Source: the human T2T-CHM13v2.0 reference genome, Homo sapiens. Taken from it: a stretch of DNA of 64,000 nucleotides. The translations under genes were made by a program, and so were the position numbers. Location of the stretch: assembly GCF_009914755.1 (NCBI RefSeq), contig NC_060942.1, one strand, 5' to 3'. Within the stretch, counting starts at the first letter, position 1. Each line of letters opens with the position of its first letter. Below are positions 30,375 through 46,856 of the stretch, one piece after another. The notes under the pieces are model-generated. The model was not told the DNA's origin. It worked only from the letters and a program-made list of their open reading frames with translations, and did no database searches.

Positions 30375-31085
30375 ATCCTCAGTTGGGCTCCCTAGAAGTA
30401 GTGCCTGGGCAGGGTTTCGAGTGTGTCTGAGTTTTGAAGGAAGCCCTGTTTGGGGAACATCCCATGGTGGGTGAAGGAAGCAGGATAGGGCAGAGGGGAA
30501 AGGGCTATTGGCTGGACGCGGTGGCTCACGCCTGTAATCCCAGCACTTTGGGAGGCTGAGGCAGGCAGATCATTTGAGGTCAGGAGTTCAAGACCAGCCT
30601 GGCCAACATGGTGAAACTCCATCTTTACTAAAAATACAAAAATTAACCAGGCGTGGTGGCGGACGCATGTAATCCCAGCTACTCAGGAGGCTGAGGCAGG
30701 AGAATTGCTTGAACCCAGGAGGCGGAGGTTACAGTGAGCCGAAATCATGCCATTGCACTCCAGCCTGCGTGACAGAGTAAGACTCAGTCTAAAAAAAAAA
30801 AAAAGAAAAATGTGTTCTTAGGCCTGATCTTTGGCTCCTTGATGGTGGAAGTGGAGAGGGGAGGTGGTATTACCTGCAGTGAGGCACATGTGCTAACTTT
30901 AGGGGAGATTGGTGCATGCAGGACACATAACACCCTTCCCCTAGCAAATGTGACACCATTGGCTGAGGGACAGTTCTCCAAAGAATCGCAGTAGTAAGCT
31001 GCTAGGAGCCAGCACTCACAGCAGGTGTCAGGTGGTTGCACCATCTCAGTAAAGGAGCCTGGGAGGGTACCAACAGCCTCCACCA
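30375..31085 (-). mobile_element. Old MaLR LTR (MLT1G/H-like), interrupted by Alu
   Basis: GGGCTCCCTAGAAG..GAAGCAGGATAGGGCAGAGGG..GAGCCAGCACTCACAGCAG motifs. Confidence 0.5.
30510..30810 (+). mobile_element. AluSx-like
   Basis: Full Alu dimer with poly(A). Confidence 0.95.
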
Positions 31086-32379
31086 CTGCAGTGCTAACGG
31101 GATGAAGGTGTCAGCCTGCAGGGACTGGCAGGGAACAGACCTGCACAGAGCATGTGGTGCTGTACTACAGTGCTGCCATGTCAGCTTTCCCAGCTGGAGA
31201 CAATGGCAGCTCATTACTAAGCTTGAGGTTGATAGTTTGTGGACTCTCTCTTATGGATTAAAGTCAATTAGCACCTTATCACTTTTTTGAATGCTTTTTA
31301 CAACTCTGGAATTCTACCTTAAATGGCATTGTGCCATTTCCCTTCAAAAGGAACAGAAGTCACTGGTCTCTACAATCCAGGAGAATCTGCAGTAAGATCT
31401 TCTCATCAGGCAGGGCAGTGCCATTCACCACTGAACAGGGAAGGTTGAAAGGTGCCCACCAACTTTCTCCTACTGATGGAAAATAGGGATTAAGAAATGA
31501 AATTACCTGGTTACAAATTCAATACAAATGGAACACATCTGACTAAATTTCTTGACCACCCGGTTTTTATCTTTGAAATTTTGTCCATAATGTAACCACC
31601 ACCATGTCTCCAGAAAGGTCATTTCCTCCTAGTCACAAAGTTGTTTTCTTAGTAAATTCTCAAGTGAAGCTTGATCCTCAATTTATATGCACCAAGACCT
31701 CTGGGAGTCTAAGGGAAGTAGCATTTTGCATGTCACAGGTCAAAAGTTCCATGTGAAGGGGAGTTGAGATTAAGCCCAAACCATACAAGCAAAAACTTGC
31801 TTCTTTATATCCTGACATCCTTAGGCAAGGGACTCTCAAATGAGTCCCATGGGATTGAGTTTCTTATGAGAAGTCACCATTCCCAGTGCACTCCAAGAAG
31901 TCCCTAATAATGGAATTTACTAATAATAAGTTTATATTAATTGCCCACTTGACATTTTATAGTCAAATAAACAACATAACATAATAGAGTAGATAGGCCA
32001 GCAACATTCCCAGCCCACCTGGACCCTTCAAAATTAGACCCAAATAAGGTCCGGTATGCAACTGATCATGTCCACAATACAGGCGGTACCCCTGAGTGGT
32101 AATCGGGAAGAATCACTGGCCTAAAAGGCAGTGAAGGAGATCCCAGATGATCCGGAAATAAAAGATAGTTTTATGTAATTTTGAAATGTTTGGGTCTCAC
32201 ATTGGAAGTTTATCTAATGCCTGCCATGCTTTTGGGTCTACCTGTTCTCTCCCTGACTTTGTATCTCTCTGTCCGCCCAGTAGAAGAGGAGGTAAATCAC
32301 TGGGCAAGTAAAGTTGAACACCTATGTCCTCTACAATAAAAGACAAACTATGCCCTTGAGGGGCCTATTAAAGGAATCA

Positions 32380-33230
32380 AATATTTTGTACAAAAAAAAC
32401 ATAGTCCTTCTTTCTTACACTAGTCCTTACTTTATTTTCTACAAAGAGGCAAACATTAATCATAGAGTCACAAAATCTAAATGGTAAGTGGTGATGGTGA
32501 CCAGAAGGAAAATGTAAGGCACTGTAATTACACTTAACAAGGGCATCAAATCCCATCATGGAGGAGGACAGGGGAGCTTCACTAAGGAATGACCCCCAAC
32601 CCCCAAACCTGGAAGATGAATGGAAGTTAATGACACACAGGGGCCTGTGGAGGAGTTCCGCAAAAGCCCTGAAGCCAGTTGAGAAAATGGAAGCAAGCTC
32701 GCAGGTGGGAGGATGGAGGGAGAGAAGGGCCCCGCTGAGACAGGAAATGTGGCAGTCACATCAGTCCTTGCAGGATTTCATCCTTAACAGTGGGAAGAAA
32801 ATAGAGAATTGTATGCAAGAGGTGCACATCATCGAATTTGCATCCACACAGTGGCCGTTTGGAGACTGGAATGGTGAGGGAAAGAGCAAATACAGAAACT
32901 GCCTAGGGGGTGATTCAGGAACACAGAAAAAAACGATCGGAGTCTAAGGTGGTGGCAATGAAGATGAAACTTAAAAAGCGGGCAGACCCCAGAGCTGTGC
33001 CGAACTGGAGAGACCCTCGATGAGAGAATCGAGTCTTCCTTATCTGTGTAGATGCTTCCATTTTAGGCCCAATGACTCCATAAAGCACTTGCTATTTACA
33101 TGTCTTTCTCTCACTCTTGGACTACAGCTACTGGAGGGCAAGAGTCCTGTCCTTGAAGTCTGTATCCTCCGTCGTTAGCACAGCGTGTGGAACGAAGGGA
33201 GACTGGTGAATCCAGGTGAATACAAATGAA
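32380..33230. mobile_element. L2 fragments (antisense, then short sense 3' end)
   Basis: Decayed L2 3' motifs; GACTACAGCTACTGGAGGGCAAGAG..TTAGCACAGCG. Confidence 0.55.
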
Positions 33231-33978
33231 GGAAGACCTGCTTCACCGGAAGAGCAACACGCAAAGCATCGACACATCGGCGACAGTTGGGCAAAGGTAA
33301 GAGTAAAGCCAGCAGGTGGAGAAGGAGTCCAGATAGAAGAAAGCTTTGAACAACTGGGGAGGCAAAAGTCAAGCTACATTTTTTTCTTAATAATGTTGTT
33401 ATGTGGTACTGTGCCTGGTACCCCAAGTTAATCTGATTATTCCCAGGAATGTTGCCTTTCAATGAATGTTATCTCAGAGCCACCTGCTCACAGAGGTGCA
33501 CGTTCTAATTCTTGGCCCTTGAGCAAAAATTTCAGAAAGAGTCATCATGCCCTCTATGAATGACAAAATAAAAAGCTCTCAAAAGGAGATCCCTTCCTTC
33601 CTCACTTTGGTGTGCTGGACTCCTTGGGCAATATCTGTGCCCATAATTCTCTTTGAATACTTTAGCCAGCATGCAGACTCCTTACCTGCATAGTAACTCC
33701 CAGCTCATTTTCTCTCTCTTCTTGGCCCCTGTGACCTCCTGCGGTTAAGCAGCCCACAGACCCTTGGACCGCAGAGTGCAGGCATCATCAGCTCCACTTG
33801 ACTGCCAATGCCTTCCAGGAACCAAGGTCAGGTCAAGCTTCCTTGGCATACAGCCCACATCTCTGCAGCAGCTGAGAGGCTTGGGCTTTCCTCTCCTGGA
33901 ACTGGGGCCAAGTCTCTTATTGAAGCATCTTGTAGGCAGAACTCCATTAATTGTACGAAGACAGGGAGGGAGATGCTC

Positions 33979-34385
33979 TGATTAGGCCATTCTTACATTG
34001 CTGGAAAGAAACACCTGAGACTGGGTAATTTATAAAGAAAAGAGGTTTAATTGGCTCATGGCTTTTCAGATTTTACAGGAAGCGTGACATTGGCATCTGC
34101 CTGGTCTAGGGAGGCCTCAGGAAGCTTGCAATCATGGCGGAAGATGAAGCGGGAGCAGGCGTGTTACATGATGAAAGCAGAAGCAAGTGAGAGACTGGGA
34201 GGGAGGCACCACACACTTTTAAATGACCAGATCTGGTGAGAAGGCACTCACTGTCGTGAAGACAGCACCAAGCCATGAGGGATCTGCCCCATGATCCAAA
34301 CACCTCCCACCAAGCCCTACCTCCAGCACTGGGGATCACAATTCAACATGAGATTTGGGTGGGGACAAATATCCAAACTATATCA
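33979..34385 (-). mobile_element. MSTA/MSTB solo MaLR LTR
   Basis: CCTGAGACTGGGTAATTTATAAAGAAAAGAGGTTTAATTGGCTC ... GGGACAAATATCCAAACTATATCA. Confidence 0.9.
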
Positions 34386-35329
34386 GAAGGGCTGTGCTAT
34401 CTTGGGAAAGCTACCATCCAGATTTCTTAGCTTTTCTTAATGTCCAGGAAAACCAAACTGGCAGAATCTAGTGAGAGAGACGTGTATAATTGGCTGCACT
34501 GGGCACTTTCTTTATTCATGTGCTGTTTTGGGGGAAGTCAGCTATAAAGAAGAAGCACAGAACTTAATGAAAATAAAGGCATCCATGCTCCTCTCTATGA
34601 CTGTCACAGCAACGTTTCAGCTGCCCTGCGACTCTGTTCCAGGGTCGCCGTGATGGAAGAGCAGGGTGGGGGCCAGTGAGCAGGGTCTCAGTCGCCCCTG
34701 GCCACTCTCATGGCTGCTTCCCCACCCCCACGCAGATGCTTTCTGCCTGACTTTCTTGAGTATGAAAAGCCTTGAGGCTTGGGCCCTTTCGGTTCCTGGC
34801 TTTCCCCCATTCCTGCAGCCTTCAGGTGGATTTGCAGACGGTCCTCTTCACCCTCTACCTACTCCATCATCCTTGCCTCCACACCCTTGATACCAGCACA
34901 TTCCCAGTCCCCAGTGGTGCTGGACACTTCCCTTGTGGGAGTGACTTAGGAGTGGCCTTCCAGAGGGTGGGAGCAATTTTAGGAAAGAGGTCTTAAAACT
35001 GCATCTGCAGAGGAAGTGCAGGGTCTTACATAGAGGGAAGGATGGGTGAGGGTATTGAGGAGGATCTCTGGTCACCCCAGAACAATGCAGCTATCTTTGA
35101 GCTCCCCCTCCTTGCAAACACTCTCACACACTTGGTGAGATGTGGTTCTCACGTGGTCCATATTCCTGTGGGATTCCTGCCTGAACAGCAGGCTGAGGCC
35201 TCTAATTCCTAATGTGTACCCTAATAGCCAGCCCACCCAAATTCCTTCCTGGCCCATCTCCCCAGCTGGGGTGAATCTGGGTCCTGAACCGGTACAGTCA
35301 GCTGAGAGAAGTTTTGATTGATTGCTTTA

Positions 35330-35600
35330 TTCCATTCACTCACTCCCTCAGCAGTAACCTGTTAATTTTTTTCCTTAGGTGAGGTGCTGGGGATACTAAA
35401 ATGAACAGGCAAAATCCTTTCCCTTCCTCGAGGAACCAACAGTGCAACTGAGGAGAGCTAAGTAAACAGTTCTGATGGAGGGAGACACATGCTCTGATAG
35501 AGGTGGTCAGAGGGTGTTGGGGGACCCAAGGGGAGAAGCCAGACTCAGCTTTGGAGACTCGGGGAAGAATTTCCAAAGCTGCTGGTTTTCTGGACAAGGT
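35330..35600 (-). mobile_element. L2 3' fragment
   Basis: CATTCACTCACT..GTGCTGGGGATAC..ATGAACAGGCA. Confidence 0.6.
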
Positions 35601-35702
35601 CCCATTAACTCCCATCCCAAAGGTGGGATCTTTCTTCTAGTACCTCTCAGCGCCCTGCTTCATCTCTTAAGCATCCAATTCTGACATGAAATAGAACATT
35701 GC

Positions 35703-36061
35703 TGCTATTGGCTGAATGTTCGTGACTGCAACATCTATACATTGAAACCCTACACCTTCTGGAGGTGAGGTCTTTGGAAGGTGATTAGGATTAGCTGAGG
35801 TCATGTGAGCTGAGCCCCCATGAATGGGATCAGTGCCCTTATAAGCATCCTGAGAGAGCTTGCTTCACTCCGCTCTCCATCATGTGAGGACACTGGGACA
35901 GGGCAGCCACCTGCAACTCGGAAAAGGGCCACACAGAACCCACCATGCAGGTACTCTGGTCTCAGACTTCCAGCCTCCAGAACTGTCAGAAATGAATTTG
36001 TGCTATTTATAAGCCACCCAGGCAATGGTAATTTACTATAGTGCCCAAACTGACTGGGACA
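35703..36061 (+). mobile_element. MLT1A/A0-like MaLR LTR
   Basis: GCTATTGGCTGAATGTT..CAGACTTCCAGCCTCCAGAACTGTCAGAAAT..TAAGCCACCCAG..ACTGACTGGGACA. Confidence 0.8.
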
Positions 36062-36487
36062 CTGGCCATAGAAAACGATGCTTGCTGTGGTCAGATCACG
36101 GTCCATGGTCATCTTATTGTTAGACGAGGGTTCTCCAACAGGTGCACGTGTTTCCCCAGGGTGTGCAACCTGGAGAGCTGAATGAAAGTATTCGAATTTC
36201 CCTGACTGTTCATGTCTATCTTTACCTAAGAATAGAAGTTGGTTAAGCTCTCCTCACACTGGGTGTGCGCCATTCACTTCCACACTACTGAAAGGTGGCA
36301 GGGCGCATCCCTCCTAACTGGGTGCACCACACATAATGCACTGCAGGCTGCATACGTGTGACCACAGCTTACTGATTATCTTATCCACATTTAACCTATC
36401 CAAAATCCAAAATAAACCATAGATCCAAGAAAATTCTCATCATACGAGCTCAAGAGAACAAGAAAATGAAGGTGCTAACACGTCTAA

Positions 36488-37360
<873 letters not shown>

Positions 37361-40177
37361 GTGCATGCACCCACCACAGGGGGACCTTTGTACAAGATTG
37401 CTCAGTCCAGCTCTGCCTAGGTTTGCCCCCCCACCTCCAAGACACAGCATAGGATCCGGGCTCCTGGGGGTCCCATGTCCCACAACCTTTATACATTTCT
37501 ATTCTATTTAAAATGCAGAGTGTACAAAACATGCCTGTACAAGAGAATATTCACAAATGTATAAATAAATACATAAATTCACAAAATGCTTAGAAATATT
37601 TCAGTAGTGTTTTTTTTCATTTAAAAATGCATCTAGATCATGGATTTAGATTGCAAGGCTCCACCTTAAGGGAGGCAGCTCGTCCATGTCAGGCAGCTCC
37701 TCTCGTCCTGTCCAGCTGGCTTTTGCTCACTTCTCTTCGACACCAGACCTCTGGCATGTCCATATTCTGACTGCAGCCACACTCGCAATGGAACAAGGGG
37801 ACAAAAACAATGTTTACTTAAGTACATTGTGAAAGTCCAGAGGAACGCTTCTGTTTTCTGGCTGAAATCTCACACGGGAATAAAAGCGACAGAAAACTCT
37901 ACCCTTTCCTGCACGTGGCCAGCCCCTGTGGACCCTGGTGACAGGCACTCTGCTCACCTTCTGCCTGGAAGTTTTGCCAAGCCCATGATGGTTTTATGAA
38001 ATCCTTTCTTTGATTTGGCTCCTGGCAGTTTGCAGTTTGAAGTCGTACCTTGTCCTGGATGGAAACCATGTGAAACTATCACATTCTATATTGTTCCCAT
38101 TCTAGACTATGAATTCACTGGGCTTCATCCAACCCAAACCTCAGCACTGATTTCCTCAATGTTTGGCCCACATTTATAAACCTCAAAGAACCTCCCAGCA
38201 AACCTGGCTTGAATCTAAAGTCTCTTTACCCGCATTTACACAGGCCTGCTTTCAAACCGGTAAGCCTGCAATAGACTGCCCTAAAACTCCATAGCTTCCT
38301 TCCAGCCATGTTATATATAACTTCAGTATAATTTGTTTAAAAAAAGCACAAGAAAGATTATTTGGAGATTCAAATTGAGTACACTTAATAGAACTATAAT
38401 GATTCTGGCAATCATTTTCGAAGCTGCAATAACTAATCATTGTAGATCTAACTATATATCCTGGCAGACACATGGAGAATATTAGCAGAAATCTTCCCAC
38501 AAGGCTGCTTTTAGAGCTTAGCACTGCAATTTGCTGAACATTCTCCATCACTTTCTATAGAAAAACCTATGGTTCCTTTTTAAATAAATAATGCTTTCTG
38601 CATATTGCATTTGTAAAAAAATACATACATGTGTGCAATATCGTAAACGGGAGCAATATTTGTATGCAACAATGTGTAACATGATTTGCATCCTGACATT
38701 GCAGAGTTAACACTGCCTGTGAAAACTGTTGACTCTCCAATGAATGCTTATATTGTATGTACAGTAGAAATATGTCATGTGTATTACACCCTATAAATGT
38801 AATACAGGAAATTAACATAAAGGCATTTGCAAAGTAAAAGTTTATATATCTTTATCTCACAGACGGTCACAAGACTTGCCCCCATCCCCCAAACGCCGGG
38901 GAGGGCTGCTTTATAAACTCACATGTAGACTCTTCATCAGTATTAGGAGGGTGGGAGCTGTATGCACCCCAAACATGTGCAGAGAAAAAGGCTCCATTTG
39001 TTTTCCTTTCATAATATTTATTATAGCACCTGGTGCCCATAAGCAGAAGATGCTGGTGGTCAGACCTCTGGCCAGATTCAGAGACTGGGCCACAGGGAAG
39101 CATGTGTTGCCACCACTCCCTCCGTGCCAAGCCTAATAGAAGAAAGTGAGAGCAGTTCCACTGGGGATTCTTGTGCTTGTACAGCTTCCTGTGACACATT
39201 TGTAACTAATTCTTGCAGTCGAGTTTAGTCTGCAGTTTAGATATACACGGACGGGATAAACAGAAAGCAGCAATGTGGTGGTAATTTTAGGTATCAGTGC
39301 CCACCAGGACACAAGGCCAAAGAAGGTGGGACTTAAACCACATCCATGAAAAATAAGGGTAAGGCAAAATAATATATGTATATTACAGGCTAAAAGCAAA
39401 CACCTCTCTAAAATGAAGTTTAAAACACAGAGTGAGAGCGGGTGCATGTCTTAAAATACCCAGGTTATTTATATAAATGCCATCTTTTTCACTGCAAGTT
39501 GCACAGTCTTCCATCTCACTTTCTGATGTAGACCATAGACATAGACATCTGTCTGTTCCTCTGTGTGAAGTTCTCATGAGACCTTTGTCCAAGGCCTTTG
39601 TCTAATTTGAACCTGATGTTCTTATTCACAAATCAGACATCAAATTGAAATGCTGATTCCTAAATGTAACGAGAGATCATTGAAGGGTTTCATCTCCTGG
39701 AAGATGAATTGGCATGTCTCATGGTTGATTCAGGGCCTTACCTCAAAATCTTCATTTATTTAACAACTGTGGTTGTTCATCACCTCTAAGACATCATTGC
39801 CGGCTGGGTGTGCACTGATTTTATGTATATCTAAGAGAAAAACATGCTACCAGTTACGACAGTAAGAGCCATCAGTTGAAAGATTGACCCTGATTTCAGG
39901 GCATGAAATGTGAAATTGCACACAACTTGGAATTGATGAAATAGTGTGGTCACTGTGTGCCTGCTAGGCACCAGATACTGTAGGTTTTTTTTTTTCCTTT
40001 ATTCATGGAATTTACTGCCCAGTCAGGTGGGGCAAACTATGCCTGTAAGGCCTTCCATTCTTCCACAGGACTGGCTGCAAGGAAGGCAGACTCTCTCTCT
40101 CTCAGGTGTTTCATTTCAGAACGACAAGTTAGTCCCATCCACGCACTAGGTTTAAATATGAGAGAGCAAGTAAACTA

Positions 40178-40648
<471 letters not shown>

Positions 40649-42019
40649 TCATTTCTAGAAAAATAAATATATTCTCATAGAAGGCAGTACACTGTGGATG
40701 GAAAAGACAAGGGTGCGTATTGAGCAGAGTCCAGATGAGGTCACACACTTTGAAGTAAGGTTTTGAAACTAGATAATAAATCACCTACCTTCCTCAGAGA
40801 GAGGCCTAACCCACCCTGTTTTACAGATAGTGCCTGGAGCAAAGTTTTGTTTCAACTGGATTTAGTTATCCTTTTTACCCTGAAACCCACATCTTAAAGT
40901 AGTTAGAATAGCTCTTTAAAATAGAACAAATTCTGGCTAGAGACTAAGCGGTTGGTGCGCACACCCTGGAACGGGTGCCTGGGTACACTTAGGCCTCCAA
41001 TTCCGAGTCCCCAAAGGCTCCACATGGCGCCATTTACTTTAGTCCCTGTTATGGCTTCTTAGTCTTTGAAACCCAAACTATTGTCAAGCCATCCAATGAA
41101 AAACAGTCAATTTCTTTATTCCACTCCTCTCTGTCTGGAATACTTTTCTCATACACACAGATTTTAGCTTGATTTAATTCTTTGAAATTAATTTTCTTCA
41201 TTAAGACTTTATAAAAGCCTTCAAGCTAAAAATGTCTCCTTAAAAATGATGTAACTGACTGCTGCCATGCCCCACCTTTACGAAAATAACTCTTTTGGAA
41301 AGGTTGTTTGCAGTATTTTGAGTAGTAAAATGCTCTGTAAAGTTAATATATAATGTAAACTTGAGATGTCATGTCAACCTCCCTACTGCAATCAAGGTAT
41401 TGGTCGGAATAGCTCCTTTTTACTTGAATCCTAAGAATCCTAAGCTATGTATTTTTTATTTAGATTATTTCATTAGCTTTAAAAAAACACATTCAATGAT
41501 ACTGACATTGCAAAGTCAGAAGCTTAATGGATCTGTCTTTCCATAAAAGTAGTTCATTTGGTATTTAGCCCCAGTGCTGATATCCTTACTTCTCAAGATC
41601 AAGACTGGCTACCTTATTTTAGTCTTTTTCTTTCTCATTACAATATATATGACTAATAGTAAGTCTTACTTTTTTTTATGCTTTGCAGTTCCCAAGATAT
41701 TCTCTCATATAATATCATATTTGAAATTCACAAAAATCTCTGTTAAGTAACCCACCAAAGACTTTTAGGCATAAAACTTTTTATTTTATATTTATCCTTA
41801 GGTAAGGCAAGGTAATATAGGTTTATTAGTTGCCATTCCAGTTTATCTTCAATTTTAACATGAAAAAACAGAGACTTAAATTTTATATATCCATATGTAC
41901 ATCATATAAACATTATGGTCATGACACATTATAACATAAAGTTTCTTGTCCTCCAACTATGTAAATGACTGGAATTAATTAAATTCCATTCAAATGTCAA
42001 AAAAGCAAAATACCAAAAT

Positions 42020-43490
42020 ATAAAGTGATACTTAGAGTTTGAGTGTGGTAGCATGAAGTTGAAATTTACGTCTTCTTGATTAGAAACTACTTAATAATCA
42101 AGAGATTAAAACACAGAAATGCAAATTCCATTTCCAACGAAACTCAGAGGCACCTGGAATCTCAAACCGTAACCTGGACACAGGACTTTCCAGCGGGATC
42201 AGGTGGAGGAGGTGCCCATGTGGAGGATGCAGAGCTCAGAAAGAGCCGGGCTTCAGAGACGAGGGGCCCTCAGGCAGCTGGCAAAAAATATCAAACCATT
42301 TATAGACTTTTCGATAAGAACTACCACCAGCAAAATCTTAAAGGAAAGGAAGTTCAATTTAATAAAATAATAAGAAATGATAAAATAAAAATGACCACAG
42401 ACATAATTTAAATAAATAATTAAAATAAGCATAAGAAATGATTTTCCTTTATTCTTTGTAAATAAATTTAAAACTTAAATGAAATTTATACTTCTTTAAG
42501 AAACGTAACATACCAAAATGAACTCTAATGAATGTAATTAGGCCAATTACAAATATATAAAGTTTTTCTTTTTCATAAAACATAGCCAGGCCAATGGCTT
42601 TCATAGGAGATTTCTACATGCCTGTAAAGATCAGATAACTATGATGCTATTACAGAGCATAGAAAAGAAAAATAACTCTCCAATTATTTTGATGAAGTAG
42701 CATAAGATTGAGCCTAAAACCTGTCAAAAGACCACACACAGTAAATTTCTCACTATGCAGAAATTCTAAATCAGATATTAACAAACAGAAACCAGCAGCT
42801 CATTAAAAGTTGACATCCTATGACCAAGAGGAGTTAATTTCAGGAATGACGTGATCCTTCAATATCAGAAAGCATATTAATATAATTAACCATTTTAATA
42901 GACCTAAGGTGAAAAATCATAGGGTAATTCATAGGTTCAGTAAACATTTTAGTATAATTGAATTTAACTACTTCTAATAGAAATAGGAGGAATTTTTTGT
43001 ACGTACTAAAATAATTAGTCTCACCCCAAATACTGACTTCATGCTTAGTAGGGAAAAAAAATTCTATGGAATTTATTAGTATCATGACAATACATCAACA
43101 CCATAATCTTATTATTCTGGAGGTCCTCACTGATACAATTAAATGACATAAAGACAGCGTTATTATAATAATTAGAAAGGAGATGGTAAATTATCACATT
43201 TGCATTTTAAAAGTTGTGTACCTGGAAAATCCAATGATACAATATTTATTACAATGATACCATAATACAGTAAGATACACAGGTACAAAGTTAATATACA
43301 GAAAACAATAGCATTCATGTATTCCAACAGGAATGGATAGTAAACACAATAGGAATAACCACCCCATTTATGACATTAGCAGTTAAAATATCAAGAAATA
43401 AACTGAACAAAAACATCAATATTCACATAAGGACAAGAGTTAAATGTTTCTGAGGGAAACAAAGGAAAGCTTGAAAAAATGGAAATGCAT
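42020..43490 (+). mobile_element. Old L1M (L1MC/ME-like) fragments: putative 5' piece fused to decayed ORF2
   Basis: A-rich ORF2-like tracts (GATGAAGTAGCATAA, GGTACAAAGTTAATATACAGAAAAC, GTGTACCTGGAAAATCC). Confidence 0.65.
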
Positions 43491-43562
43491 GAAATGTGCA
43501 TTTCATAATTCATTCAACCACACTTGAGGTTTGTTATTGCAGCATAACCTAACCTCTCCTGA

Positions 43563-44011
<449 letters not shown>

Positions 44012-44054
44012 TGAAGTTCAGAACTTGCTCACTTTCCCCCAACATGAACTTCCG

Positions 44055-44887
44055 TTGTTGAAAAAACAAACCCAATTTCTCCCACTATACTCTCACAACT
44101 GGCGTCTGACACCAGATAGGAGGGGACTTCTCCCCAGCAGCAAGCAAGCAAGCAAGCAAGCAAGCAATTCTACAGCAGATAGCAGCTGGATGTCCTCTAA
44201 TTAAACCCAATTCTGACACTAGCTACCTGGGGATAGCATCAGATCCCACATATTGAGGGCTCAGTCCCCAAAACTGTCCCCTCTGCCACTTTCAATGCCA
44301 GTTGAAAGCACCACGGTTGTTTTACCTGTGCTTCTGGCCAAATAGCTTTAAACTGGGTTCCCATGACCTCCTCCTTAGATTTGACTAATTTGCTAGAGTG
44401 GCTCACAGAACTCAGGGAAACACTAAAGTTTACTGCTTTATTGAAAGGATATCACAAAGGATATAAATGAGGAGATGCATAAGGCAAGGTATGAAGGAAG
44501 GGCATAGAGCTGCCATTCCTGCCCCAGCACACCACCTTCCAGGAACCTCTACATGTTTGGCATCTGGAAGCTCTCAGAACCCAGTCCTGTTTTTTTTTAT
44601 TGAAGCTTCATTACATAGGCATAATTCATGAAATCACTGGCCATTGGTCATCATCTTAACCTTCAGCATTTCTTCTCTCCCTAGAGGTTGGTGTGAGGTT
44701 GGAATTCCCAACTCTTTAATCATGCCTTGGTCTTTTCTTGTGACCACCCCCATCATGAAGCTACCTAGGAGCTACCCGCAGTTAGCTCATTAGCATACTA
44801 AATTAGCATAGAGATTCTAAGGATTTTAAGAGTTGTATGCTAGGGAATGTGGTCAAAGACCAAATATATATTTTATAATATCCCACA
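44055..44887 (-). mobile_element. MER21-like LTR
   Basis: Minus strand starts TGTGGGATATTATAAAATATATATTTGGTCTTTGACC; internal GCATCAGATCCCACA..GGGCTCAGTCCC; (GCAA)n at ~44138-44167. Confidence 0.8.
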
Positions 44888-45589
44888 TGTACAGCTGGTG
44901 CTTTTATGGCCACAGCATTGAATTTATTCACCTAGAGAAAAAATGACATCTGTGTTATATTAAGTTTTCTCTATCACAAAGGAATGAATTTTCAATTGAA
45001 TTTATATAACTCAGAAGTCTTACCGGGTACTAAGCTTTCTAACGATTAACCAAAGAAGCAGTAGAAATGCATGACACATTGATGTCTAGGAAGTCCCCAT
45101 CCCACCCCACACATCGGAATGAATTTTGGATTTGAAGTGAATAGCTCTCAGTGTGCAGCATAAATCAGTCACTTAATTTTAATGTCTCTCAAGGACATTA
45201 GTGGTTCAGAAAGTCATTAATTGTGGGTTTTTTAAAACAAAAGATCATGTATATCCTGCTAAAAGGATGTTTTAGACAAGCAGTCATTACAAGGGATTCC
45301 CTGGAACACCCTCATTTATCCTGAAGTCATTAAATTCTATTAGTATGTTCCCAGGGGGATCTAGTTGAAGTCAAAACTAGGAGACAGGAACAGAGTTGCA
45401 AATCTACTATTAATTACTAATTACTATTTGTAATTATTATTTACTTCCCAGAATCTAAAACTTCAAAATTTTCTCTATTTTGAGAATATTAGATGCTGAC
45501 TTGCTTATTATTTCAATGAGAAAATAGCACAATCAGAAGTAAAGTTTCTTGTCTTCCCACCATCAAGTCTACTAAACTCCCCGAAATTC

Positions 45590-46750
45590 TACTTTCATTT
45601 CTTATAATGTCCTTATCTGGTATTGGTATGAGATTACACTTATAAAATAAAATTGAAAACTCAAAATAAATTTGGAAGTATTCCCTCTATGTCTAGTCTC
45701 TGAGAAAGTTTTTATAAGATTGGAATTATCTCTTCCTTGAAAATTTTTGGAATTTACCCTGAAAGTTGGCTGGGATATTGCTTTCTTATGATAAGGTCTT
45801 AAATTGCTGATCCAAATGCTTTAGTGGTTATAGGACTACTTAATATTTGTTTCTTCTTGAGGGATTTTTGATAAAATATCTTCCTAAGTGTGGAAAAAAA
45901 GAGGAAAATAAACTTCTCATCTGAGTAATGCAAGCCCCTTTAAATTATCAGGCCCAGAAGGCATTGGAATGAGACAGCAGTCCTGTCACTCCCCCTTGAG
46001 TTAAATAATTAGCTCTTGAAGCAACTGGCTAGGTGGACTCTAGATTCACTAACACCAAGAAGCCATGTGCTGAACACCATAACTCATACCCTGAAGTTCA
46101 ACAATCACTAATCAACGTTACCTCGGTAAACCATGAGAATTCCTGAAGACAATTTATATCAGCCCACTCCTTGCTCCCTTTTGCCTTTAAAAACCTGCTT
46201 GTAACAAAGGCTGACAGAGCATTCCCTGAGGCAACTTGGAAGTGTCTTGGGCAGCTGTCCTCACTTAGGCTTATAAGAACTCTTTAAACTATATTTTCCT
46301 CAGTAGGCTTATAAGAACTCTTTAAACTATATTTTCCTCAGTCTCTTCCTTTTAGGTTGACATAAGAATTCACTCATTTTATCAAAGGCTTCAAGTTTAT
46401 TGGTATAAATTTGTCAATTGAATTTATTTCTTATTTTTTAGTCTTTCATACATCTCTGGTTATGTCTCATTTTCGTATTTAGTGTTTATTCAAGCCTTCT
46501 CTGTTTTTCTCTCTCTCTCTTTTTCTATACCAGTCTAGCTGGAGCTATGTCTCTTGTATTAGTCTTCAAATACCCAACTTTTGTTTTTATTCTTATTTTT
46601 CCCTATCTTTGATTGCTTTTTCTCTTTTCTGATTTGTGTTATTTCATTTCTTCTTATGTCTTTGGATGTATCTATTTCTCTTTTTCTAACCTGTGAAGCT
46701 GAATGCTCATAAAAGAATAACAATATGATGATTAATTTCAAAAAATTATT
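45590..46750 (-). mobile_element. Old L1M ORF2 fragment, interrupted by a solo LTR
   Basis: T-rich antisense ORF2 (TTTGGAAGTATTCCCTC, GATTGGAATTATCTCTTCCTTGAA). Confidence 0.65.
45889..46362 (+). mobile_element. Solo ERV1 (MER4-group-like) LTR
   Basis: TG...TTTTAGGTTGACA with perfect 4-bp TSD TAAG; exact 38-bp duplication at 46266-46341. Confidence 0.85.
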
Positions 46751-46856
46751 AATAGTTGCTTTGTTTGAAATCTTTATACCTAGAGCAAATCTATTCAGCA
46801 CAGTCACTACTATGACTTAGTAGTTAACCAAAATTCTCAGTTATTTAGATTATAAT

